Of a stretch of DNA of 64,000 nt, positions 19,054-29,398 are shown in pieces (position 1 is the stretch's first letter; each line of letters opens with the position of its first letter). The translations under genes were made by a program, and so were the position numbers. Below the pieces are notes generated by a model, which was given only the letters and a program-made list of their open reading frames with translations, made no database searches and was not told the DNA's origin. Source of the DNA: an uncultured Pseudomonadota bacterium (GTDB lineage Bacteria > Myxococcota_A > Polyangia > Fen-1088); assembly GCA_963711305.1 (NCBI GenBank), contig CAVQDT010000001.1, forward strand, positions 514,432 to 578,431, in the 5' to 3' direction.

Positions 19054-20013
19054 TCAGCCGGCAAGGGTCGCCGGGAGATCGAAGCCGTGCAGGTAGTACG
19101 CGCCGATGAAGTTGGTCGCGTCGGCGACCGCGCCGTCTTCGAAGCGCATCACCTGGATCGAGTGCAGGCGGAAGACGCCGTCGTCGCCCGGAAAGTAGAT
19201 CGCGAGCGCGGGCAGGCCGTTGGCGCGCGTGTGCGTTGCCCGCAGGCCGCGCGCCCAGCGCAGCGAGAAGGGCGGCATCTGCAGGAACGCCGCCAACGCC
19301 TGGGCGCCCCGAAACCAGGCGCCGTGCGGGGGCATCGCGAACACGACGTCCTTGCGCAGCAGCGCGACCAGCGAGTCGAGGTCGCGCGTCTCCCACGAAC
19401 GTAGATACGCGTCGAGCACCTCGGGCGGCGGATCACCGGCCGGCTCGCGCGGGCGCGCCGACACCGTCTCGCGCGCGCGGTGAAGAGCGCTGTTCACCGA
19501 GGAGACCGTCAGCTCCAGCGCGGCCGCGATCTCCTCGGCCGACCAGCCTACGACGTCCTTGAGCAGCAGCACGGCGCGCTGGCGCGGGGGCAGGCGCTGC
19601 AGGAGCGCGACGAACGCGAGCGCCACCTGCTCGCGCGCCTCCGTCGCGCGTGCGGGGTCGGGAAACAATCGTGCGTCGGGCGCGGGCGTGACCCACGTCG
19701 CCACCTCGAGCTCCTGGAGCGGACCGCCGGGCACGATCGGATCGCGCTCGAGCTGCGGCAGCGCGCGAGGGCGCGCGCGCGCGAGGAAGTTGAGGCACGC
19801 ATTGGTCGCGATGCGCATCAGCCAGTGTTCGAGCGGTGCATCTCCGGCGTAGGTGTCGCGCGAGCGCCAGGCGCGGACCAGCACGTCTTGCACCGTGTCT
19901 TCCGCCTCTTCGAACGAGCCCAGCATGCGATAGCAGTGGCGCAGGAGAGCAGGCCGGAGCTCGGCGAAGGCTTCGCCGAGCTCCGGCAGGGACGATTTGT
20001 CGCCAGCGCTCAT
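19054..20013 (-). CDS. ECF sigma factor with fused C-terminal NTF2/SnoaL-like domain (SigJ/ECF41-like)
   Basis: 319 aa. LLRHCYRMLGSFEEAEDTVQDVLVRAW..., region 4 HTH (WSAEEIAAALELTVSSVNSALHRAR), then a ~110-aa extension. Confidence 0.9.
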   Translation of the reverse strand: MSAGDKSSLPELGEAFAELRPALLRHCYRMLGSFEEAEDTVQDVLVRAWRSRDTYAGDAPLEHWLMRIATNACLNFLARARPRALPQLERDPIVPGGPLQELEVATWVTPAPDARLFPDPARATEAREQVALAFVALLQRLPPRQRAVLLLKDVVGWSAEEIAAALELTVSSVNSALHRARETVSARPREPAGDPPPEVLDAYLRSWETRDLDSLVALLRKDVVFAMPPHGAWFRGAQALAAFLQMPPFSLRWARGLRATHTRANGLPALAIYFPGDDGVFRLHSIQVMRFEDGAVADATNFIGAYYLHGFDLPATLAG

Positions 20014-20017
20014 GGTT

Positions 20018-20431
20018 TCAAGCTACGGAGGTTGCCCTCGCGTTTCCCGACGCGCTCCCCGCCCGCTCCGCGATCACCGCGATGACCGTCTGCCATGCCT
20101 GGCGATCATAGTAGAGATTGATGGAGCGGATGCGCCCGCCGTCGAAATTCAGCCACTCGATGGCCGGGAGCGCGCCCGCCGTCGTGTCGGTCACGAAGTC
20201 GTAGATGACGCAGACGTCGTCGCCGTCGACGAAGACCCGCTTGATGTCGTTGCGCAGGTGGATCGCCGCCAGGCGCTTGAGCGCGCCGACGAACTCCTGC
20301 GCCGACGTGCGGGTCATCGCCGGCCCCTTGAAATGCAGGTTCGGGGCCAATAGCGCCTCGACCTTGTCGTACTGCTGCTTCGCGACCGCATCCAGGTAGG
20401 CTAGTGCCAGTGCCTTTCGATCTGTGCTCAT
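20018..20431 (-). CDS. SnoaL-like / NTF2-family protein
   Basis: GGAGG RBS before ATG 20429-20431 (MSTDRKALALAYLDAVAKQQYDKVEALLAPNLHFKGP...). Confidence 0.7.
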   Translation of the reverse strand: MSTDRKALALAYLDAVAKQQYDKVEALLAPNLHFKGPAMTRTSAQEFVGALKRLAAIHLRNDIKRVFVDGDDVCVIYDFVTDTTAGALPAIEWLNFDGGRIRSINLYYDRQAWQTVIAVIAERAGSASGNARATSVA

Positions 20432-20512
20432 GATGTCCTCCTTCATGAACCCAGACCCGGACGGGCGGCGAAACTGTGCGGTCACCGCGTTTTTTTACCC
20501 CTTCGCGCTTTT

Positions 20513-21334
20513 TCACCCCTTGATGAACGACAGCAGATCGGCGTGGAGTTGCTCCTTGTGGGTCGCCATCAGGCCGTGGGGCGCGCCGGAATAGATCTTC
20601 AGCGTCGAGCCTTTCACGATCTTGGACGCGGCGCGGCCCGCGGCGTCGATGGGGACGATCTGGTCGTCGTCGCCGTGGATGATCAACGTCGGGATGTCGA
20701 TCTTCTTGAGATCCTCGGTCAGATCCGTCTCGGAGAACTGCTTGACGCAATCGTAGGACGCCTTGAGACCCACCTGCATGCTGTAGAGCCAGAACTGCTC
20801 GCGGACGCCGTTCGACACCCTGGAACTGGCCCGGTTCGCGCCGTAGAAGGGGGCGGAGAGGTCCTTGTAGTACTGCGCGCGGTCACGCAGCAAGCCGGCG
20901 CGGATCTCGTCGAATGCGCCGAGCGGCGTCCCGAGCGGATTCGACGGGGTCTTCAGCATCAGCGGCGGGATGGCGCTGACCAGTACCATCTTCTTCACCC
21001 GATGCGTTCCATGTCGTCCCACGTAGCGAGTGATCTCCCCGCCGCCGGTCGAGTGCCCGACCAGGGTCGTCTCGCGGAGGTCGAGCTTCTCGATGACCGC
21101 GGCCAGGTCATCCGCGTACGCGTCCATGTTGTTGCCGTCCCACGATTGCGTCGACCGGCCGTGGCCGCGCCGGTCGTGCGCCACGACGCGGAAGCCATTG
21201 CTGGCCAGGAACAAGAGCTCATCGTCCCAGGCATCGGCGTTCAGAGGCCAACCGTGGCTGAAGACGACCGGGCGACCGGCTCCCCAGTCCTTGAAGAAGA
21301 TCTGTGCGCCGTCCTTCGTGGTGATTGTTGGCAT
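20513..21334 (-). CDS. alpha/beta hydrolase, non-heme chloroperoxidase-like
   Basis: 273 aa from ATG 21332-21334 ([18 protein letters not shown]...VFSHGWPL...). Nucleophile elbow GHSTGG and C-terminal GAPHG. Confidence 0.9.
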   Translation of the reverse strand: MPTITTKDGAQIFFKDWGAGRPVVFSHGWPLNADAWDDELLFLASNGFRVVAHDRRGHGRSTQSWDGNNMDAYADDLAAVIEKLDLRETTLVGHSTGGGEITRYVGRHGTHRVKKMVLVSAIPPLMLKTPSNPLGTPLGAFDEIRAGLLRDRAQYYKDLSAPFYGANRASSRVSNGVREQFWLYSMQVGLKASYDCVKQFSETDLTEDLKKIDIPTLIIHGDDDQIVPIDAAGRAASKIVKGSTLKIYSGAPHGLMATHKEQLHADLLSFIKG

Positions 21335-21531
21335 GGTCGTGCTCCTTGCTGGTGAATCGGGCAATCGATCGCATGCGGATTCGCAGCACGATTCGCGCCA
21401 CCAGCGCACCGACGGCAATGCGCCGCGACGGCGCGCACATGCTCCCGCGACCGCCACGACGCCGTTACCAGAAACGAGCGGCAGATCCGAGGTCGCCGAT
21501 CTAACCTCTGGCGGAGACAGGAGGGCCCACC

Positions 21532-22182
21532 ATGAAGATCCTGCTATTCGGCGCGACCGGAAGCGTCGGCCGCTGCGTCGTCGAGGAAGCGTTGAAACGC
21601 GGCCATCAGATCACGGGCGTGGTTCGCGATCCGCAAGCGGTCGAGCGCCCCGATCCGCGCGTGACTCTTCGGCGCGGCGATGCCACCGATCGGCGCAGCG
21701 TGGCCGAGCTCGCGGCCAGCGCCGACGCGGTGGTCAGCGCCATCTCCCCGCGACCGAACGCGCGGGGCCTGGCGGCGCCGACGCTGGTCGCGGCGGCGCG
21801 CGCGCTCATCGCCGGGTTACGTGACGCGGGAACCAAGCGCGTGATCGCGGTCGGTGGAGCCGGGAGCCTCGAGGTTGCGCCCGGGAAGGCTCTGGTCGAT
21901 CAGCCCAGCTTCCCCGACGCGTACAAGGCCGAGGCGCTCGACGGCCGCGACTCGCTCGAGGTCTATCGAAAGGAGGCCGCCGGCCTCGACTGGACGTTCA
22001 TCAGCCCCGCGGTCGAGATTGCGCCCGGCGAGCGGAAGGGCCGCTACCGCACGACCAACAACACGGTGCTCGCCGATGCGAACGGCAAGAGCTTCATCAC
22101 CTTCGAAGACCTGGCTGTCGCGATCCTCGACGAGCTGGAGAGGCCGCAGCACGTCGGGCGGCGCTTCGGGGTCGCGTACTAG
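21532..22182 (+). CDS. NAD(P)H-binding (NmrA/atypical SDR-like) protein
   Basis: 216 aa. [14 protein letters not shown] Rossmann start. Confidence 0.85.
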   Translation: MKILLFGATGSVGRCVVEEALKRGHQITGVVRDPQAVERPDPRVTLRRGDATDRRSVAELAASADAVVSAISPRPNARGLAAPTLVAAARALIAGLRDAGTKRVIAVGGAGSLEVAPGKALVDQPSFPDAYKAEALDGRDSLEVYRKEAAGLDWTFISPAVEIAPGERKGRYRTTNNTVLADANGKSFITFEDLAVAILDELERPQHVGRRFGVAY

Positions 22183-22666
22183 CGGAGGCAGCTTTGCGTC
22201 TGGAAAGCCGCCGGACCATCGCGATGCGCGGGATTTCATCGAACCCCGCGCTGGCGTAAAGGCGCCGTGCGGCGGCGTTTTCAGGCAAGACCAGCAGCGT
22301 GACGGCGCGGGCGCCCGCACCGCGCAACCCCTTCGTGACGGCCGCGAGCAAGCGAGCGCCGAGCCCGCGCCGGCGGCTCTCGGCCCGGACGAACAGCTCG
22401 GTGAGAAACGCGTCGGGGCCGGCGAACTCGAGATCGAAACCGAATGTACCGATGGCGTACCCGTCGAGTCGGCGTCGCGCCGCGCTCTCGGCCACGACGA
22501 CGATGCCCAGGCGCCGCTCGCGGAGGAGGCGGCGCAAGCCTGGGATCGCCCGCGCGCGACGAAACGGGATCCCTTCGGCGCGATTGAAGTCCGCCATCAA
22601 GAGCAGCAGCTCTTCGAGGTCGGTGGGCCGGGCGCGGCGAAGCTTCACGTCTGCAGTCGCGGGCAT
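22097..22666 (-). CDS. GNAT-family N-acetyltransferase
   Basis: 189-aa ORF with an acetyl-CoA motif region (RRRGLGARLLAAV...). The Arg-rich 35-aa tail overlaps the convergent gene by 86 nt, so the true 3' end is uncertain. Confidence 0.75.
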   Translation of the reverse strand: MPATADVKLRRARPTDLEELLLLMADFNRAEGIPFRRARAIPGLRRLLRERRLGIVVVAESAARRRLDGYAIGTFGFDLEFAGPDAFLTELFVRAESRRRGLGARLLAAVTKGLRGAGARAVTLLVLPENAAARRLYASAGFDEIPRIAMVRRLSRRKAASASTRPRSAARRAAASPARRGSRQPGLRR

Positions 22667-22716
22667 TTCGCCAGACTACGTCCGACCTCGCCCGCGGTTA
22701 CGCGCGAATTTGCTGA

Positions 22717-23268
22717 TTACGGCGAGACGGTCAGCGCGATGTCGAAGACGCCCGCGGTGATGGCCTTGGTTCCGCCGGCGGTCTTGTCGAGCACCGCCGA
22801 GAACGTACCGGAGGCGCGCTCGCCCTTGGCGGCTCCGAGCGCAGTGATGCTGACCGTGCAGCTCTCATAGAGGGCCGCGACGCCCGTAGCGGTGTAGCTG
22901 AACGAGGTGATCGGATACCCGCCGGCGGCGGGCCCGCATTGAAATGTCCCCAATCCGACCGTCGGCTTGGCGGAAACGCCGAACGCGATGCCGATGCCGC
23001 TCGCCTCACCACCGGCGATCTGCAGGATCTGCAGCCCCGATGAAGAAACGAGGGACGCGCTGGGAAAGAGCGCCTGGTGGGCGACGCCGTCGTCCTGCCA
23101 GGTGAGGGTGCCGTTGCCCGAGGCGCCGCCGCCTCCTCCCCCGTCGGGGGAGTTGCCCGCGACGCTGGAACCACAACCCGCCGCGCCGGCGAACAACGTG
23201 GCGCCCAGGGCCAGACACGTCGCGGCGGCGGCGATCGAACTCGATCTGCTGCTCACGGTGGCCAGCAT
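22717..23268 (-). CDS. hypothetical lipoprotein
   Basis: ATG 23266-23268. Signal/lipobox ...LFAGAAGCGSS followed by a Gly-rich linker. Confidence 0.55.
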   Translation of the reverse strand: MLATVSSRSSSIAAAATCLALGATLFAGAAGCGSSVAGNSPDGGGGGGASGNGTLTWQDDGVAHQALFPSASLVSSSGLQILQIAGGEASGIGIAFGVSAKPTVGLGTFQCGPAAGGYPITSFSYTATGVAALYESCTVSITALGAAKGERASGTFSAVLDKTAGGTKAITAGVFDIALTVSP

Positions 23269-23333
23269 GCCGGAAAGCTCGTGCACGCGCGAGCGCAAAC
23301 ACGGAATGCGCGAGTGATAGATTGCGGCGCACC

Positions 23334-24620
23334 ATGACGACAGCGACGGGCACGCGCCTGACTCTCTGCGCTGTGGCGCTCGCGGTCGCGAGCTGCCGCG
23401 AGCACGCACCGTCGGTCCCCGACGCGGCGGCACGCGTCGCACGACCTGCGCCGGCCGCCGACACCGCGGCAGAGCAGTCGTTCAACGCGGATCGGTTCGC
23501 GCGACGGCCCAAGCCCGCGGAGATGACCGCGCTCGGCCGCCAGCTGTTCTTCGATCGGAGCCTCTCGGCGTCGGGCCAGATGGCGTGCGCTACCTGCCAC
23601 GATCCGCGCTTCGCGTACGGCCCGTCCAATGACCGGCCGACTCAGCTAGGCGGGCCCGCCATGAAGAGCCCGGGCCTGCGCGCCGTGCCGTCGCTGCGCT
23701 ACCTGCAAGCGATCCCCGCGTTCACCGAGCACTTCCTCGACGAGGCCACCGACGGGAGCAGGGACGTGGGTCCGACGGGCGGCCATGCGTGGGACGGCCG
23801 CGTCGACACCAAGCACGATCAGGCGAAGCTGCCGCTGATGTCGAAGTTCGAGATGGCCAACCCCGACATCGCCAGCGTCGTCGCCCAGGTCGCGCGCGGG
23901 CCGCTCGCGCCGCGGTTCCGCGCGGTCTTCGGCGACGACGTGTTCGGCGATCCCGTGCGCGGCTCGACGGCGGTGCTGATGTGCCTCGAGGTGTTTCAGC
24001 AGAGCCCGACCGACTTCTACCCGTACTCGAGCCGCTACGACGCCTACCTCCGCCGCCAGATCAAGCTCAGCGCCACCGAGGAACGCGGCCTGGGGCTCTA
24101 CGACAATCCGCAAAAGGGCAACTGCGCCAGCTGCCACCCCAGCGCCGGCTATCACGGCGCCTTCCCGCAGTTCACCGACTACGGCTTCAACGCGCTGGCC
24201 GTGCCGCGCAACGCGCGCATCGCCGCCAACGCCGACCCGAGCTTTCACGACATGGGGCTGTGCGGTCCCGAGCGCAAGGATCTCGCCGCTCACGACGAGT
24301 ACTGCGGCTTCTTCCGCGTGCCGTCGCTGCGCAACGTGGCCGTGCGCCGCGTGTTCTTCCACAACGGCGCGTTCAACAGCCTGGAGCGCGTGATGGAGTT
24401 CTACGTCGAGAGGGACACCAACCCGGCGAAGTGGTACCCGAAGGCCGGGGGCCGTGTCGAGAAGTACGACGACCTGCCGGAGAGGTTCCACAAGAACGTC
24501 ACCCAGGATCGCCCGTTCGGCGGCGCGCCCGGCGCGAAGCCGGCGCTCAGCAAGTCCGAGATCCGCGACGTCATCGCCTTTCTGAAGACCCTGACCGACG
24601 CGGATCTCGACAAGAAGTAG
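23334..24620 (+). CDS. di-haem cytochrome c peroxidase (CCP/MauG family)
   Basis: Two CxxCH motifs (CATCHDP, CASCHPS). Lipobox LAVASC. The ORF track start is 23322. Confidence 0.9.
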   Translation: MTTATGTRLTLCAVALAVASCREHAPSVPDAAARVARPAPAADTAAEQSFNADRFARRPKPAEMTALGRQLFFDRSLSASGQMACATCHDPRFAYGPSNDRPTQLGGPAMKSPGLRAVPSLRYLQAIPAFTEHFLDEATDGSRDVGPTGGHAWDGRVDTKHDQAKLPLMSKFEMANPDIASVVAQVARGPLAPRFRAVFGDDVFGDPVRGSTAVLMCLEVFQQSPTDFYPYSSRYDAYLRRQIKLSATEERGLGLYDNPQKGNCASCHPSAGYHGAFPQFTDYGFNALAVPRNARIAANADPSFHDMGLCGPERKDLAAHDEYCGFFRVPSLRNVAVRRVFFHNGAFNSLERVMEFYVERDTNPAKWYPKAGGRVEKYDDLPERFHKNVTQDRPFGGAPGAKPALSKSEIRDVIAFLKTLTDADLDKK

Positions 24621-24622
24621 CG

Positions 24623-26371
24623 TTACTCGACGACGTTGAGCGCCGCGGTCAGGTCGCCCATCGGCTTGCCGCCCGTCACCGCCGTGAGCGCGGTGTCACG
24701 CTGGGTGATGCCGGGGAGCGCAGCGAGTCCGAAGCGCTTCTCGATGAGGCGGATCGTCGACGCCGAGTCGTACTGCGTGTGATCGACAGTGCCCTTCTTC
24801 GCGAACGGCGAGATGATGATCGCCGGGATGCGCGAGCCGGGGCCGAGGAGGTCGCCCTTGGGCGGCGCGATGTGGTCCCACTGGCCGCCGTACTCGTCGT
24901 AGGTGATGACGATGACCATGTGCGCCCACTGCGGGCTCGCCTGGAGCTTGGCGATCAGGTCGGCGATGTGAGCGTCGCCGTCGTCGATGTTGGCGTAGCC
25001 CGGGTGCTGGTTGATGTTGCCCGTCGGCTTGTACCAGGCCACCGGCGGCAGCGTGCCCGCGTCGATTGCGGTGACCATCGCCGAGTAGTCCTTGAGGTGC
25101 GCGGTGCGGTCGGCGGCGTGCGTGACCGGATCGAAGTTCGAGTAGTAGTTGAACCCTTGGTGGTGCGGCTGGAAGTCGGGCGTCCCGCGCGCCGTCGAGG
25201 GGGTGTAGATCACCGAGCGCGCCTTGGTCGGATCCTGCGTGCCGTCGCTCGTCGCCGCATCCCACGACGTCGCGTACCAGGCCCAGTCGACCGAAGCGGC
25301 CGTCAACTGGTCGCCGATTGTCATCTGCGTCTGCGGCGGCAGCGTCGACGCCGCCGCCGGGTCAGCGCGCAGCAAATCGGCGCCGGTCGCGCCCGCCGCC
25401 GGCACGTTGCCGCTCGGCTGATACGCCGGCTGGATGGTGTTGATCGCGCGATAGCCGTCGCCCGCGCCGAAGTAGTCGAGCGGCGAGATCGCCGTGCTGT
25501 GCGCGAAGCCGGGCGGCCCGGTGAGCGCCGAAGGCGGTGAGGACGCGGTCAGCTCGAGCTGCGGCACGCCCTTGCTGTTCGCGGGGCCCAGCGTCGTGAT
25601 GGCGGGCTTGTTGTTGGTGACGTAGTCCGCCGGCGCCTGCGGCGCGCACGCGCAGATCAGGTACTGGTGGTTCAGGAACGAGCCGCCCCACGCGCCCGAG
25701 AAGAAGTTGTCGGCGAGCACGTACTGCTGCGCGAGCTTGTAGATCTTGCTCTGGGTCGTGTCGAAGTGACCCATCGTCAGGCCGCCCGCGTCCAGCCATG
25801 CCCCGAACATGTCGTTGTTGCCGCCGTTGACCTCCATCTGATTCTCGAAGAACCGGTGGGTCAGGTCGCGCGTGACGTCGAGCGTGCCCAGCGTGGGCCC
25901 GCCGTTGGCGACGTAGGCGTTCTCGATCGCGAACGGACCGTTGGCGAGGGCGTCGCTCTGCGCCTCGGTCACGACCGTCGGATTGCCCGCGAGCGTGACC
26001 CCACCCCAGGTCTTCGGAAGCTTCGCGAGCACCGTCGTGCCGTCGCGATCCTTCTGCGGCACGTAGGCCGAGGTCGGCTTGCCGTCGGCGCCGACGACCT
26101 CGCTGAGACCGTGCGCGCCGGGGAAGTTGCCGAACATGTTGTCGAAGGTCCGGTTCTCCGCGTAGATGATGACGATGTTTTGAACCGCGGTCGCGAACGG
26201 CATCGGCGGCGCATCGCTGCTGCCATCCGAACCCGCCGCGCCATCACCGCCGCTCGAGCCGCCAGACGCGGTCACGTTGGTGTTGGGCGAACCCGACGAA
26301 GCGCTGCAGCCGTACCCGCCCAGCGAAACCAGAGCGAGGCCCAAAAGACTCTTTCCAACGAGATTAGGCAT
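24623..26371 (-). CDS. phosphoesterase-family (acid phosphatase AcpA / PLC-like) lipoprotein
   Basis: Lipobox start MPNLVGKSLLGLALVSLGGYGC inside ORF 24623-26422. VIIYAENRTFDNMFG and ...YDEYGGQWDH...GSRIPAIIISPF motifs. Confidence 0.85.
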   Translation of the reverse strand: MPNLVGKSLLGLALVSLGGYGCSASSGSPNTNVTASGGSSGGDGAAGSDGSSDAPPMPFATAVQNIVIIYAENRTFDNMFGNFPGAHGLSEVVGADGKPTSAYVPQKDRDGTTVLAKLPKTWGGVTLAGNPTVVTEAQSDALANGPFAIENAYVANGGPTLGTLDVTRDLTHRFFENQMEVNGGNNDMFGAWLDAGGLTMGHFDTTQSKIYKLAQQYVLADNFFSGAWGGSFLNHQYLICACAPQAPADYVTNNKPAITTLGPANSKGVPQLELTASSPPSALTGPPGFAHSTAISPLDYFGAGDGYRAINTIQPAYQPSGNVPAAGATGADLLRADPAAASTLPPQTQMTIGDQLTAASVDWAWYATSWDAATSDGTQDPTKARSVIYTPSTARGTPDFQPHHQGFNYYSNFDPVTHAADRTAHLKDYSAMVTAIDAGTLPPVAWYKPTGNINQHPGYANIDDGDAHIADLIAKLQASPQWAHMVIVITYDEYGGQWDHIAPPKGDLLGPGSRIPAIIISPFAKKGTVDHTQYDSASTIRLIEKRFGLAALPGITQRDTALTAVTGGKPMGDLTAALNVVE

Positions 26372-26486
26372 GGGCCCTTGAATACAAAACCTCGGGCTCG
26401 AGAGCGCCCGACAAAGTCGCAAAGTCGCGACGTCGCTTGCGCTTCAGTCCGGCAACGGTTCCGCAACGGACGTGCGGCCGCGCACG

Positions 26487-26555
26487 CTAGGCGACGGAGC
26501 GCAGTCGCGCCCGCTGCTGCTCGAACTGGTCCGCGAGCCACTGGCGCTCATCCAT
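26487..26555 (-). pseudogene. 22-codon remnant resembling the N-terminus of a SigJ/ECF41-type sigma factor
   Basis: GAGGAGG RBS precedes MDERQWLADQFEQQRARLRSVA, then a stop. The expected YRMLGS continuation is absent in all frames. Confidence 0.3.
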
Positions 26556-26704
26556 CGGTGACGTTCCTCCTCGGTGCGAGTGGGTGACGTACGTATGACC
26601 CGCGACGCCCCCCAGATGTGACGGTCACATTTCTAGCCTACCGCGGGTCTCTCAGTCGCCCCGCCATTCGCGGCGCGGCGCAACCCAGAAAACGAGGAGT
26701 CACC

Positions 26705-27170
26705 ATGCAACCACGGATGAAGCCCGGCCTTGACCCTGCCCGGCGTCAGGGAAGCCATTCTCACGATCGCCAAGACCGCGGAGAGCTGCGGGGTGCCGCG
26801 GACGACGCTCGAGCTGCTCCACGTCCGCGTTGACCAGATCAACGGATGCAGCGTCTGCGTCGACATGCACAGCCGCGCGCTCAAGAAGCTGGGCGAGAGC
26901 GACGCGCGACTCTTCGCCCTCGCCGCCTGGCGCGAGGCGCCCTACTACACCGAGGCCGAGCGCGCCGCGCTCGCGCTCGCCGAGGCCGAGACCCGGCTCA
27001 ACGATCGCGCCGACGCAGTGCCCGATGAGATCTGGAAGGAGGCATCTCGGCACTTCTCCGACGCCGAGCTCGCCGCGCTGGTGACGTCGATTGCGGTCGC
27101 GAATCTCTGGAACCGCCTCAACGTCACCACGCGACAGCTGACCGGGGACTGGATCGCGAAGTACGTCTGA
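26705..27170 (+). CDS. carboxymuconolactone decarboxylase / AhpD-like protein; frame broken within the first ~9 codons
   Basis: GAGGAG RBS lies 6 nt before ATG 26705 (MQPRMKPG..., a typical family N-terminus). The rest of the protein, including CxxC (INGCSVCVDMH), is in the next frame (ORF 26730-27170). Confidence 0.8.
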
Positions 27171-27172
27171 GC

Positions 27173-29398
27173 TCAGCGCGTGAGGAGCTGGTTCGTCGAG
27201 CTCTGCGCCGCCGGATCGAACGGTGCGGCACTGCTCACGAGGGCGGGAGTCGTCCCGGTCGGCGCGAGCGCAACCGAGACGACGCCGATCGTGCTCTCCC
27301 ACCCGACGACGTCATCGACGGCGTCGAAGCCGCCGGCGCCGTTGAAGTCGAGCATGCCGTCGACATTGGCGCGCGCCAGCCAGACGTCGTTGCCCGGTAT
27401 CGCGGCCGTGCTCACCGACGAGGTGGTGCCGAACGCGAGCAGGCCGTCGGCGAGCGGAACAATCCCGTTCAGAGAGTCGAAGCGACCGCCACGCAGGCTC
27501 TTGAACCATTCAGGCATGCCGGCGTCATCGATGCGCATGATCCAGGGATTGCTGTTGTACCCGAGGTTGCCCGCCACCAGCAGCCCGCCACCCGGGGCCA
27601 GGGCCATCCCCCGGATGTCTCCCTGGCCGAGATCTTCGTTCTCGCCCGCGTAGATCATCGACGCCGTCAGGCTGTCGTCGGCGCCAAACATCGCGAGCCA
27701 CGCGCCGTGGGACTGGGCGCCCATGCCCAGGGTCGGCATCTCGCCGCCGATCGCATAGCGGCCGTCCGGCATCGTCACCACGCTGTAGGCGGCCTCCCCG
27801 CCGACGCCGCCGACCGCGCGCGCGCCGAGGACGTTCCCGTTCGGATCGAGGCGCAGGATCAGCGCGTTCCCGCGATCGATCGTCGCCGCTGGATCGCCAG
27901 GCTTGTCGCCGTAGACCACGCCGCCCACGGCCAGGATGTTGCCCGAGGCCTCGCGGGCGATGGCGGCGATCCCCGGATTGCTCGCGCCGGCGCCGGGATC
28001 GACCTCGGTCAACCACACCGTGTTGCCGGCGCTGTCGATTCGCGCGAGCAATAGATCCGCCTTGCCGGTGGCGATGGTGGTGATGCTGCCGCTCACGACC
28101 ACGCCGCCGTCGTCGGTGCCGGTGATCGCGTTCCACCCATTGACCAGAAAATCGCCCGAGGGCCGGCTCATGTAGCGCGACCACAGCGGTTTTCCCGCAG
28201 CGTCGTAGCGATCCAGGCGCATTGCCGCACCCGAGACAGTGGCGGCGACGGTCAGGTCGCCGTTCGGCGCGCGCACCATTCCCGTCGGTCGGTCCGTGCC
28301 GTCGCGGAGTACGTCGATGCCCGTCTCGGACTTCGGGAGCCCCTGACCGTCGAGCACGGACAGGTGGGGACCGGCGAAGCCAGCGGACGCCACGGTGAAG
28401 AAGTTGCCGCGCGGCACGACCGCAACCGCCGATGCGTTCTCGCCGACGGAGTAGACGCGCGACCAGCGGGTCGACGCCAGCACCGACGGCAGTGGGCCGG
28501 GCGCGGCGCCGATCAGCCGGCGTGACGGGCCGGCCAGGTTGATCACGTGGGTCGCCGATCCGGTGCCGTCGAAGCTCCATCCGCCCTGCAGCGAGGCGAG
28601 CGCGTACGCCTGCCACCACTGCGCGGCGGCGGGCGAGACCGCGACCTCGACGCCGAGATTGGCCTGCAGCGACGGGCCGCCGATCTCGAAACCGTCGACG
28701 TTGGTCAAGAAGGCGACGCCGACCAGCACCGACGCTTGCAGGTCGAGATTGACCGCGGTCGCGGGATCGGGCCCACCGGCGAGCGGTTTGAACCTGGGTG
28801 TCTCGTCGAGCTGCACGACCGGCTGGCCGTCTTGCAGAGTGAACGTCACGCCGGTCTCGAATGGAGCGACGACGCTGGCGTGCGCGACGCCCTCGGCGCT
28901 GCCCTTGATCACGAAGGTCAGGAACGCCGTCGGCGTCACCAGGATATTGGGGGCGACCTGAATGGGAGGCAGCGGGACCGGCGGCAGATCGATCGTGCTC
29001 GCAAACGTGCCTTTCACCGACACGCCCACGTCCAGGGTCAGCGCGCTGTGCAGGTGGATATCCGCCGAAAACGTCGTGACCTTGCCGTTGCCGTCGACAG
29101 CGGCGTCGTGGAACGAGGTGCCGACCGACGACAGCGCCGCGTTGCCGTTCGCGCGCACCTCGGCGCCGTCGGTGCTGTCGACGAGCAGGTCGTCGATTGG
29201 TACGTAGACGCCGTCGCGGAAGGGCGGCGCGCCGATCGGAGCTGACAGCGCGCTCGTGTTGGCGCGCGCCGGTGAGTCGGGTGGCGTGCCGCAGCCGGGG
29301 ACGCCGGCCGCGGCGGCCCCGACCAAGGCGGTAAAGAGGAACGCGCGCGCGTGGCGCACGCGAGCGAGGGGAACGAGCTTCGATCGTGTGAATGACAT
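27173..29398 (-). CDS. large lipoprotein with C-terminal beta-propeller-type repeats
   Basis: GGAGG RBS and ATG 29396-29398. Lipobox AAGVPGCGT. At least five repeats of the pattern DG.(V/I/L).(V/A)(G/S)......(A/L).(L/I).R(L/I)D..G.... Confidence 0.7.
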   Translation of the reverse strand: MSFTRSKLVPLARVRHARAFLFTALVGAAAAGVPGCGTPPDSPARANTSALSAPIGAPPFRDGVYVPIDDLLVDSTDGAEVRANGNAALSSVGTSFHDAAVDGNGKVTTFSADIHLHSALTLDVGVSVKGTFASTIDLPPVPLPPIQVAPNILVTPTAFLTFVIKGSAEGVAHASVVAPFETGVTFTLQDGQPVVQLDETPRFKPLAGGPDPATAVNLDLQASVLVGVAFLTNVDGFEIGGPSLQANLGVEVAVSPAAAQWWQAYALASLQGGWSFDGTGSATHVINLAGPSRRLIGAAPGPLPSVLASTRWSRVYSVGENASAVAVVPRGNFFTVASAGFAGPHLSVLDGQGLPKSETGIDVLRDGTDRPTGMVRAPNGDLTVAATVSGAAMRLDRYDAAGKPLWSRYMSRPSGDFLVNGWNAITGTDDGGVVVSGSITTIATGKADLLLARIDSAGNTVWLTEVDPGAGASNPGIAAIAREASGNILAVGGVVYGDKPGDPAATIDRGNALILRLDPNGNVLGARAVGGVGGEAAYSVVTMPDGRYAIGGEMPTLGMGAQSHGAWLAMFGADDSLTASMIYAGENEDLGQGDIRGMALAPGGGLLVAGNLGYNSNPWIMRIDDAGMPEWFKSLRGGRFDSLNGIVPLADGLLAFGTTSSVSTAAIPGNDVWLARANVDGMLDFNGAGGFDAVDDVVGWESTIGVVSVALAPTGTTPALVSSAAPFDPAAQSSTNQLLTR

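Noticed and set aside
22097-22182. 86-nt convergent overlap between the GNAT gene tail and the NmrA-like gene, considered as a ninth frameshift.
   Set aside because: The Arg-rich tail suggests the true GNAT end is earlier. However, no alternative frame gives a convincing continuation, and the frame needed to reach the nearby TAG does not match a single-base insertion. It is left as an uncertain 3' end.
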